A stretch of 64,000 bases of DNA. Origin: an uncultured Desulfobulbaceae bacterium. GTDB lineage: Bacteria; Desulfobacterota; Desulfobulbia; Desulfobulbales; Desulfobulbaceae. Location of the stretch: positions 13,539-77,538 of the forward strand of contig CAZVDY010000067.1 in assembly GCA_964626235.1 (NCBI GenBank). The letters run 5' to 3'. Positions 1-7,830 of the stretch are shown piece by piece. Both the position numbers and the translations under genes were made by a program. Position 1 is the stretch's first letter. Each line of letters opens with the position of its first letter. The notes below the pieces were generated by a model that searched no databases, had not been told where the DNA came from, and saw nothing but the letters and a program-made list of their open reading frames with translations.

Positions 1-1176
1 AGGGAGACGTTCAGGATACTCAACCGGGATGAAAAGACCGTTGCCTTGGCCATCCTGGAGGAACGGACGGTCCAGGATGAGGTGCGGTTGCTTGTCACCC
101 TGCAAAATATCAGGGGATACAGGAAAAAATTCAAGGCATTGCACCAACTCCTGGAAGAATTTGCCCTCGACGAGGCCATTGGGCCGGCAGAGGCCTTCCA
201 TCGGGGAGCCCGGCTGGGTGGCCGTGAGCCAGGAGCATATAGTTCTGCATTGCAGGTAACTCTGGATCCGGATCTTTCCGCCATGCAGGCGGCAAAAAAC
301 ATCTTCCTGCAGCTCCTGGAGACCATGCGGGCCAATGAGGCCGGGATACGGGACGATCTTGATACAGAGTTTCTTCACGACTTCCGGGTGGCCGTCCGAA
401 GAACCCGGTCCGGCCTTGCCCTGTTCAAAGAGGTGCTCCCGGAAGACATCAGAGAACATTTCAGAAACGAGTTCTCCTTTCTGGGGAGAGTGACAGGCCC
501 GGTCAGGGATCTGGATGTCTACCTGCTCCTGGCCGAACAGGGATACCGCAACAGGCTGCCCGAATACCTGCAAGGCGGTCTGGAAGATTTTTTTAGCCGA
601 CTGCATCAGACACGGAAACAGGAGTTTGCCAGGCTCATCAGGACCATGGATTCGCCACGATACAAGTCTATCCTCAGTGACTGGGAGGACGTTCTCCAGG
701 CCGACGACCGGTCGTGGTCAGGCTGTTCTGACATGCCGGTCATCGATCTGGCCACAGGCACGATCCGCAAATGGCATCGCCGGATCATCGAGGATGGAAA
801 AGAGATAAAAGATGACAGTCCGGACGAAGCCCTGCATCGCCTCAGGATCCGCTGCAAGAAACTGCGCTATGGGCTGGAGTTTTTCGCCTCCCTGTTTCCG
901 GCCGGAAAGATGCGCCGAATACGCAAGCAGCTGAAGCATCTGCAGGATAATCTCGGCGCGTTCAACGATCTCGCCGTTCAGCAGAACATGCTCCGGGAAC
1001 ACCTGGAGAGGTTGCGGCCCGGTGTACGGAAAAATCTGTACCAGGCCGCAGCCCTGGGCGGGCTGCTCACCTCGCTGCACAGGGAACAGGAAGCGGTCCG
1101 GTCCGGTTTTGCCGCAAGCTTTGCCAGGTTCAGCGGCAAGAAGACTTCAGGGCTCTTCCGGGAGCTGTTTTATTGA
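1..1176 (+). CDS. CHAD domain protein, 5' end cut by window edge (possibly CYTH-CHAD)
   Basis: Frame 1 is open from nt 1 (RETFRILNRDEKTVALAILE...) to the stop at 1174-1176. Helical CHAD-type sequence with LHDFRVAVRRTRSGLALFK and LHRLRIRCKKLRYGLEFF. Confidence 0.75.
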   Translation, partial: RETFRILNRDEKTVALAILEERTVQDEVRLLVTLQNIRGYRKKFKALHQLLEEFALDEAIGPAEAFHRGARLGGREPGAYSSALQVTLDPDLSAMQAAKNIFLQLLETMRANEAGIRDDLDTEFLHDFRVAVRRTRSGLALFKEVLPEDIREHFRNEFSFLGRVTGPVRDLDVYLLLAEQGYRNRLPEYLQGGLEDFFSRLHQTRKQEFARLIRTMDSPRYKSILSDWEDVLQADDRSWSGCSDMPVIDLATGTIRKWHRRIIEDGKEIKDDSPDEALHRLRIRCKKLRYGLEFFASLFPAGKMRRIRKQLKHLQDNLGAFNDLAVQQNMLREHLERLRPGVRKNLYQAAALGGLLTSLHREQEAVRSGFAASFARFSGKKTSGLFRELFY

Positions 1177-1374
1177 AAGGGAGAACGATCACCGGGTTGC
1201 GGCAGGAACTGCCCCCAATCCAGCCGGGTGGAAGCCGAATTCCAGAAGATTTCCGGTCTTGGCAAGGCTGGAGCGGGAAACCGCCGCATTGCCGCTGCTT
1301 GGATAACCGATACTTCCAAGAAGGTACAGAACAAGACCAAACTCCTGTCAGCAACCGTCATCAGGGCCCAGGAT

Positions 1375-2112
1375 ATGAGCACAATAGCCGTCTACAACAT
1401 CAAAGGGGGAGTGGGGAAGACCGCCACCGCCGTCAACCTTGCCTATCTGTCGTCTCTGGAAGGCACCAGGACCCTGCTCTGCGATATGGACTCCCAGGGA
1501 TCGGCCGGGTACTACTTCCGGATCCGCGCACCCCGCAAGTTCAACACTTCCAGGCTTCTCAAGGGTGGAAAACATCTTGCCCGCAATATCCGGGGCACCG
1601 ATTTCCCTGACCTCGATCTCCTGCCGGCTGATTTTTCCTTCCGGAACATTGACATAGCCTTAGATGAGCTCAAAGGCGGTACCAGGCGGATAGCCAAGAT
1701 TCTCAAGCCACTGCGTAAGGAGTACGGACACATCTTCATCGACTGTCCGCCCAATGTCACGCTGCTGTCTGAAAATATCTTCGCGGCAGCCGACCGTATT
1801 TTGGTGCCCATGATTCCGACAACTCTCTCCCATCTCGCCTATCGACAACTGGTCGACTTCCTCGAGACGATTGGCCAGGATGTGGGCAAGGTGCTGGTCT
1901 TTTTTTCCATGGTGGAAAAACGAAAAAAAATGCATAATGAGATGATGGAAGCGCTGCGCAATAACAGAGGCGTGCTGGATTGCGCCATACCCTTTCTGGC
2001 GGACATCGAAAAAATGGGGCTGTATCGGCAGCCGGTCGCTGCCGCCCTGCCTGCCTCTCTGGCCGCCAGAGAATACCGGAGACTTTGGGCCGAGATAAGC
2101 AGGTATATCTGA
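1375..2112 (+). CDS. ParA/MinD-family P-loop ATPase (orphan ParA-like)
   Basis: MSTIAVYNIKGGVGKTATAVNLAYL: deviant Walker A (KGGVGKT) at the N-terminus. The track ORF opens at GTG 1228, but family N-termini match ATG 1375. No ParB seen nearby. Confidence 0.85.
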   Translation: MSTIAVYNIKGGVGKTATAVNLAYLSSLEGTRTLLCDMDSQGSAGYYFRIRAPRKFNTSRLLKGGKHLARNIRGTDFPDLDLLPADFSFRNIDIALDELKGGTRRIAKILKPLRKEYGHIFIDCPPNVTLLSENIFAAADRILVPMIPTTLSHLAYRQLVDFLETIGQDVGKVLVFFSMVEKRKKMHNEMMEALRNNRGVLDCAIPFLADIEKMGLYRQPVAAALPASLAAREYRRLWAEISRYI

Positions 2113-2114
2113 CC

Positions 2115-2645
2115 ATGAGCAAGCGACTCCTGCTCTGCCGGCATGCCAAATCGAGCTGGAAGGATCCTTCGCTGACCGATATTGCCAGGCCACTGAACAG
2201 GCGGGGAAAACAGGATGCCCCCCTGATGGGTGCCTGGTTGCACCACCAGGGCATCATGGTGGATGCCATTCTTGCCAGTCCGGCCAAGCGGGCCAGGAGC
2301 ACGGCCCGCAAGCTGGCCAGGGCGATCGGTTTTGACCGGACCGGGATCATCACCCTGGATGTTCTCTACTTCGGGTCTGGAGAGGAGATCCTCCTTTCCC
2401 TGCACCACCTGCCGGATCCGTGCGAGCAGGTGCTGGTGGTGGGGCATAATCCGACGATTACCGACCTGGCCAACAGACTGGGTAATCTCTGCATCGACAA
2501 CGTGCCTACATGTGGAATCGTAGGTCTCGAATTCGAGACAGCTTCCTGGGAGGAACTGGCTCTGCGGCCTGGAAAACCGCTCTTTTTCGAGTACCCGAAA
2601 CATGTCCGCAGGGACTTTCCGGAAGACAGGATCCGGCCGGCATGA
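2115..2645 (+). CDS. SixA-type histidine phosphatase
   Basis: LLLCRHAKSSW (RH catalytic motif) and VVGHNPT (second His). About 175 aa, as for the SixA family. ATG 2115 lies 2 nt after the upstream stop. Confidence 0.7.
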   Translation: MSKRLLLCRHAKSSWKDPSLTDIARPLNRRGKQDAPLMGAWLHHQGIMVDAILASPAKRARSTARKLARAIGFDRTGIITLDVLYFGSGEEILLSLHHLPDPCEQVLVVGHNPTITDLANRLGNLCIDNVPTCGIVGLEFETASWEELALRPGKPLFFEYPKHVRRDFPEDRIRPA

Positions 2646-4750
2646 AGAAGCAAGAGCGTTCCTACGGCGTATTGCTGGACAGGCTTTCGCCACCCGAGGG
2701 TCTGCTCCTGCTCGTTCTGGCAGTGATCATCGGGGGGGCCACCGGCTTGGCAGCGGTATTCTTCATTCAGCTCATCGCTCTGATCCAGAACCGTTCCTAT
2801 ACCACGGTCCAGTTGCTCTTTCCCCACCTGGGGCTCTGGAGTTATGTCATCGTTCCGGTGATCGGAGCGTTGTTCGTCGGCCCCCTCATCGCCTGGTTCG
2901 CCCGTGAGGCCAAGGGACACGGTGTGCCTGAAGTGATGCAGGCCCTGGTCCTTCGAGGCGGCCGCATACGGCCCAGAGTCGCCCTTGCCAAGATCGTCGC
3001 CTCGGCCCTCTGTATCGGTACCGGCGGTTCCGCCGGCAGGGAAGGTCCCATCGTTCAGGTGGGCGCTACCCTGGGGTCGGCCACCGGCCAGTTCCTTCGC
3101 CTTTCCGACGAGCGGATAAAAAATCTCGTCTCCTGCGGGGCGGCCGCCGGAATCGCCGCAACGTTCAACGCTCCCATCGCCGGGGTGGCCTTTGCCATCG
3201 AGGTGCTGATGAGTGAGCTGCAGGTCAGGATGTTCGGCAACGTGGTGATTTCAGCGGTCTCGGCATCCATTGTCAGCCAGATGTTTCTGGGAGACCGGCC
3301 AGCGTTCAGCGTGCCTACATACACCATGGAATCGCCGATCTCCATTCTTTTCTACCTCGTCCTGGGGCTGGCAGCCGCCCTGGTCGGAATCATGTTTATT
3401 CGCATGCTGAACTGGTTCGAGGAGTTGTTTGACAACTGGCGTTTCCCCCTGACCCTCAAACCGGCTGTCGGGGCCCTGCTCCTCGGGCTGCTCGGATATG
3501 GATACATGCGTCTTCCAGGCATCGGCTTTGCCGATATCACGGATTTTCAGCTGGGCATGCCGCTTATCGAGAACATTCCCCACGTCTATGGCTCAGGGTT
3601 CACCTTTATCGAGGAAACATTGCAGGGACGGATCAATTTCTGGCTCCTGGCCCTGCTCATCCTGGTAAAACCCCTGGCCACCTCCTGCACTCTGGGCTCG
3701 GGCAACTCGGGTGGGGTGTTTGCGCCGTCTCTGTTCATCGGTGCCATGCTTGGCGGTGCCATGGGATATCTTTTCCTCTACCTGGCTCCTTCGGTGGCCG
3801 GTCCGGTTGGAGCCTATGCCCTGGTCGGCATGGCGGCTGTATTTGCCGCCTGTGCCCGGGCCCCCTTGACCGCCATGCTTATCGTCTTCGAAATGAGCAA
3901 CGATTATTCGCTGATCCTTCCTCTGATGGTGGCGGCCGTCTCGGCATCCTACCTGGCCCAGGCCCTGTTTCCGGAATCCATCTATACCATCAAGCTGACC
4001 AAACGGGGCATCCGGTTTGTCCAGGGAAGGGATATGGACATCATGCAGGGCGTACTGGTCAGCGAGGTAATGAATACCGAACCGGTGACCATCAACAAGG
4101 ATCAGCCCATAACCGATCTCTACCGGCAGTTTCAGGAGACGCATTATCTTGGATTCCCGGTACTGGACGAGCAGGGCAACCTGTGGGGGATTGTTACCCT
4201 CCAGGATATGGAACGGGCCTTTTCACAGAATCCCGATACCCTGCGGGATCTCAAGGTGCGGGACGTGGCCGTGCGACAGCCCATTACTGTTTTTGCCGAC
4301 GAACCGATCTGGACAGCCATCCAGAAGATGGCCCCCAGGGATCTGGCACGGCTGCCGGTGGTCAGCCGTAAGGAGACAGGGAAACTGATCGGCCTGATCA
4401 GCCGCAGCGAGATTCTCCGGGCCTATGATGTGGGCATCGTCCGTAAACAGCGGGGCCAGCTGCTGGAGGGACATATCAGTCTCCGTAGGCAGCAGAGCAA
4501 CGCCTTTTCCGAATTTCGTCTCAAAGCCGGGTCCAGAGCGGTTGGTCAGCGCCTGATGGACCTGGAACTCCCCAGGTCGGTGAACGTGGTTTCGGTGGAA
4601 CGTGACGGCAGGATCATCATTCCCCGGGGCATGACCCGGTTCGCGGCAGGGGATATCATCACCCTCTTCGGTAACCGGGAAGGACTGGAGACCACGCGTC
4701 TTCACTGGACAGCGGTTACACAGAACCATTCAGAAAAGCAGGAAGAATGA
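2642..4750 (+). CDS. ClC chloride channel/antiporter with C-terminal CBS pair and TrkA-C (RCK_C) domain
   Basis: ClC motifs GHGVPEVM, GREGP and GGVFAPS, with multiple TM helices. CBS-like repeats follow (VSEVMNTEPVTI..., VRDVAVRQPITV...), then an RCK_C-like tail (AVGQRLMDLELPRSVNVVSVERDGRIIIP). ATGA overlap with the previous stop. Confidence 0.9.
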   Translation: MKKQERSYGVLLDRLSPPEGLLLLVLAVIIGGATGLAAVFFIQLIALIQNRSYTTVQLLFPHLGLWSYVIVPVIGALFVGPLIAWFAREAKGHGVPEVMQALVLRGGRIRPRVALAKIVASALCIGTGGSAGREGPIVQVGATLGSATGQFLRLSDERIKNLVSCGAAAGIAATFNAPIAGVAFAIEVLMSELQVRMFGNVVISAVSASIVSQMFLGDRPAFSVPTYTMESPISILFYLVLGLAAALVGIMFIRMLNWFEELFDNWRFPLTLKPAVGALLLGLLGYGYMRLPGIGFADITDFQLGMPLIENIPHVYGSGFTFIEETLQGRINFWLLALLILVKPLATSCTLGSGNSGGVFAPSLFIGAMLGGAMGYLFLYLAPSVAGPVGAYALVGMAAVFAACARAPLTAMLIVFEMSNDYSLILPLMVAAVSASYLAQALFPESIYTIKLTKRGIRFVQGRDMDIMQGVLVSEVMNTEPVTINKDQPITDLYRQFQETHYLGFPVLDEQGNLWGIVTLQDMERAFSQNPDTLRDLKVRDVAVRQPITVFADEPIWTAIQKMAPRDLARLPVVSRKETGKLIGLISRSEILRAYDVGIVRKQRGQLLEGHISLRRQQSNAFSEFRLKAGSRAVGQRLMDLELPRSVNVVSVERDGRIIIPRGMTRFAAGDIITLFGNREGLETTRLHWTAVTQNHSEKQEE

Positions 4751-4977
4751 CCATGCAGCAGATCGGTTGTCAACGCTGCCGCCACTACCGTGTCACCCAT
4801 GATCCTCTACGGCCGGCCGGCTGCACTGCCTATGGTTTCAAATGCAGGATATTGCCGGCCCGGGAGGTGGAACGGGTCTCCGGGCTGCCCTGCCAGATGT
4901 ACTCGGCCAGAAAAGAATCGGCAGGGGTGCTGCGCAACGAAGAAAAAATTTCATTTTCAATACGAAAGTCAACGTGA
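4747..4977 (+). CDS. small Cys-rich hypothetical protein (76 aa)
   Basis: ATGA overlap with the ClC stop suggests translational coupling. CQRC plus three further Cys. No family recognised. Confidence 0.4.
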   Translation: MTMQQIGCQRCRHYRVTHDPLRPAGCTAYGFKCRILPAREVERVSGLPCQMYSARKESAGVLRNEEKISFSIRKST

Positions 4978-5075
4978 TAGTATCACTGGTAGATCAAGGG
5001 CAGGGAAGACGGCCTGCCGGGACGCAACAGGACTGCCCCGGATAGTGGCCGGTGGAGGAGCAGGCCTGACAGACC

Positions 5076-5807
5076 ATGACGGATAATACGGACTTTGAAC
5101 AGGAAAACGGGCAAATAGGAGGAGTCTCCCTCGCCTCTTTCTTGCAGATGCTCGAACAGGAGAGAAAGAGCTGCACCCTCATTGTCAATGCAGGCAATAC
5201 GAGCGGCAGGTTCTTTTTTTCCAGGGGTGAGCTCATCGATGCCGAATTCGAGGATCAAATCGGCCAGGAGGCGGTTTTCACTCTCCTTTCCTGGAAGAGC
5301 CCTTCTTTCACTGTAGCCGAAGCCGAGGACCGGCTGCGCCGGATCAACCAGCCTCTGGCCCATCTCCTCCTCATCGCCGCCACCAGGCAGGATGAAAAAA
5401 AGAGAGAAGTCAACGCAGATGCTCTGGCTGATCCTGGAACCGCCATGCTCGACACCGGCCTGCATGCCAATCCGGTCCTGAAAAACCTGGTCACCACCAT
5501 TCTCGGCATTTCCGGCGTCAAGCACTATTACCTGCTTAACCGCCAGGGCAACATGATCGTCCAGTCGTCAAGAAACAAGAAGGCAGGAGACTTCATCACC
5601 TACTGCATCATTACCGGGATCCAGGTGCGGAAGGCCCTGCAGAGCAAGGGCCCGCGCCGGATCACCCTGTCCCTGAAAAATGGGGACCGACTCCTGATCT
5701 TTCCAGGTGCGGGATTTATCATCGGTCTGCTGATCGATGCCGATGCCCAGGTAGATGATGTCATGACCCAGCTGCGGCCCGCTCTGCTGAAAGGGCAGGG
5801 AACATAG
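5076..5807 (+). CDS. PATAN (DUF4388) domain protein with Roadblock/LC7-like C-terminal half
   Basis: SLASFLQMLEQERKSCTLIVNAGNTSGRFFFSRGELIDAEFEDQIGQEAVFTLLSWKSPSFTV matches the DUF4388/PATAN pattern. The C-terminal half (VKHYYLLNRQGNMIV...LLIFPGAGFIIGLLID) looks Roadblock-like. Confidence 0.6.
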   Translation: MTDNTDFEQENGQIGGVSLASFLQMLEQERKSCTLIVNAGNTSGRFFFSRGELIDAEFEDQIGQEAVFTLLSWKSPSFTVAEAEDRLRRINQPLAHLLLIAATRQDEKKREVNADALADPGTAMLDTGLHANPVLKNLVTTILGISGVKHYYLLNRQGNMIVQSSRNKKAGDFITYCIITGIQVRKALQSKGPRRITLSLKNGDRLLIFPGAGFIIGLLIDADAQVDDVMTQLRPALLKGQGT

Positions 5808-5810
5808 TCA

Positions 5811-6470
5811 ATGGATGCGCTGCTTAAAGATATATCTGTGATTCCAGGGGTATTGGGATCTTGTGTCTTTGACCGAAGCGATGGTCTGCTCTGCCGTGAG
5901 CAGCATCCTGTGCTTTCCGAGGAGCTGACCAGAACGGTGGGCAATCATCTCATCCGGTTGTTTCAGATGGCCGCAATCTGTGATATGGATATCCAGTCCA
6001 CGTCCTTTGATTATGAAAAATATGTGGTCGTGGCCCTGCCATTGCGGGAATTCACCGTCCTGTTCACGGTCTGCAGTTCCCAGGCCAACTGTTCCCTGGT
6101 GACCTCGACCGCCCAGATGCTGCTCGACGACATGCGCAAGGAACTCGAGCGGAGGACAGGGATCGCCATTGCCCTGGAAGATGATATCGAGGATCTGGCC
6201 GCCTTTGACCTGCTCAGTGAACAGGCCGAGACAGAGCAGGATGACGACCTGCTGCTCATCAGGCCATACCTGCGGCAGATCGAGCAGACCTTGGCCTCGG
6301 TCATCGGCCCGGTGGCTGCCATCGTGATGGAGGAGTATATCACCAAGTGGCGACAGGCCGGTCCGGCCAACAGGGAACGGCTGATGCTCCTGGCCACCAT
6401 GGCGAGTTCGGAAATAGACGATCCTGTCCTGGAAAAGGAGTTCATGCTCAAGATTGCCGATATGTTATGA
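5811..6470 (+). CDS. Roadblock/LC7 (MglB-like) domain protein with acidic linker and helical C-terminal domain
   Basis: N-terminus LLKDISVIPGVLGSCVFDRSDGLL...YVVVALPLREFTVLFTV fits Roadblock/LC7. Starts 3 nt after the previous gene and is followed by a strong terminator. Confidence 0.6.
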   Translation: MDALLKDISVIPGVLGSCVFDRSDGLLCREQHPVLSEELTRTVGNHLIRLFQMAAICDMDIQSTSFDYEKYVVVALPLREFTVLFTVCSSQANCSLVTSTAQMLLDDMRKELERRTGIAIALEDDIEDLAAFDLLSEQAETEQDDDLLLIRPYLRQIEQTLASVIGPVAAIVMEEYITKWRQAGPANRERLMLLATMASSEIDDPVLEKEFMLKIADML

Positions 6471-6500
6471 TGGCCATCGCTTCGAGCCGTATCTGCCGGG

Positions 6501-6536
6501 AGCCACGATCGGCTGCAACGCCGTCGTGGCTTTTTT
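6501..6536 (+). terminator. Rho-independent terminator
   Basis: AGCCACGA (6501-6508) pairs with TCGTGGCT (6524-6531), with an inner CGGC/GCCG extension, followed by a T6 run. Confidence 0.8.
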
Positions 6537-6572
6537 GCCCCTGGTCGGAACGAGGATATACAGACGGAAAGT

Positions 6573-7829
6573 ATGCATTACTCGAAATTTGCTGACAGAT
6601 TAACCGCAGACGGCGGTATCCTGTCGCTGATGAAGGACCTGGGCACGTGCCTGACCAGCAACTCCATGATCATGATGGGAGGCGGCAACCCGGGACATGT
6701 GCCGGAAATCGAGGCGCTCGTCGCAGACCGGCTTCTTCAGATTGCCGAGGATCCGGTTCAGGTCAGGCAAGTGGCAGGCCTTTACGATCCTCCCCAGGGA
6801 AACAAACAGTTTCGCGGTCTTTTGGCCGACCTGCTCAGGCAGGAATACGGCTGGGATATTACCGCTGATAACATCTGCCTCACCTGTGGCAGCCAGGGAT
6901 CGTTTTTCCTCCTTTTCAACATGCTGGCCGGACGTTTTGCCGACGGACGCAGGAAGAAGATCCTTCTCCCCTTGGCTCCGGAATACATAGGATATGCCGA
7001 CATTGGCCTGTGCGATGATTTTTTCGCCGCCTACCTGCCCGAGGTGGAGTTGCTCGATGGCCGCTTCTTCAAATACAGGATCAACTTCGCTGAACTGGAA
7101 ATCGGTCAGGACATCGGGGCTATCTGTGTTTCACGGCCGACCAATCCGACCGGCAACGTCCTTACCGACAGGGAAATGGAACGGCTGATGGAACTGGCTG
7201 CAGCCCATCGTGTTCCCTTGATCGTCGACAACGCCTATGGAGTTCCCTTTCCGGGCATCATCTTTACCCGGGCGACCCCGGTCTGGAACGAAGACCTCGT
7301 CCTCTGCATGAGCCTGTCAAAGTTCGGCCTGCCCGGCGCCAGGACCGGGATCGTCGTGGCCAGCAGGGAGATCGCCAGCCGGCTGGCCGCTGCCAATGCA
7401 GTGCTCAACCTGGCTCCGGGCAGCCTGGGTCCCATGCTTGCCTGTAACCTGGTGGAAAGCGGAGAGATTCTCAGGCTGGCCGACCAGGTGATCAGGCCGT
7501 TCTATCACCACAGGCTGACCAGGGCCCTGGAAGCGATAACCGCCTTGTTCAGTGACATTCCGTACCGGGTGCACCTGCCGGAAGGGGCAATGTTTCTCTG
7601 GCTGTGGTTCGACGGACTGCCGGTGTCCTCGGGTACACTTTATGCCCGTCTCAAGCAACGGGGGGTGCTGGTTGTCGCCGGACACTATTTCTTCCCTGGA
7701 CTGCAACAGGAGTGGTCTCACCGGCACCAGTGTATCCGGATCACCTACTCGCAGGATGAAGACCATGTCCACCAGGGGCTGGCCATCATCGCCGACGAGG
7801 TACGCAAAATCTATAGAGAAGGTGGTTGA
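6573..7829 (+). CDS. avtA: valine-pyruvate (alanine) aminotransferase
   Basis: End-to-end resemblance to E. coli AvtA as recalled: FADRLT..GILSLMKDLG, MMGGGNPGHVPE, LAPEYIGYAD, CVSRPTNPTGNV, DNAYGVPFPGIIF, CMSLSKFGLPG (PLP Lys), FLWLWF, HQCIRI. Confidence 0.85.
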   Translation: MHYSKFADRLTADGGILSLMKDLGTCLTSNSMIMMGGGNPGHVPEIEALVADRLLQIAEDPVQVRQVAGLYDPPQGNKQFRGLLADLLRQEYGWDITADNICLTCGSQGSFFLLFNMLAGRFADGRRKKILLPLAPEYIGYADIGLCDDFFAAYLPEVELLDGRFFKYRINFAELEIGQDIGAICVSRPTNPTGNVLTDREMERLMELAAAHRVPLIVDNAYGVPFPGIIFTRATPVWNEDLVLCMSLSKFGLPGARTGIVVASREIASRLAAANAVLNLAPGSLGPMLACNLVESGEILRLADQVIRPFYHHRLTRALEAITALFSDIPYRVHLPEGAMFLWLWFDGLPVSSGTLYARLKQRGVLVVAGHYFFPGLQQEWSHRHQCIRITYSQDEDHVHQGLAIIADEVRKIYREGG

Positions 7830-7830
7830 G

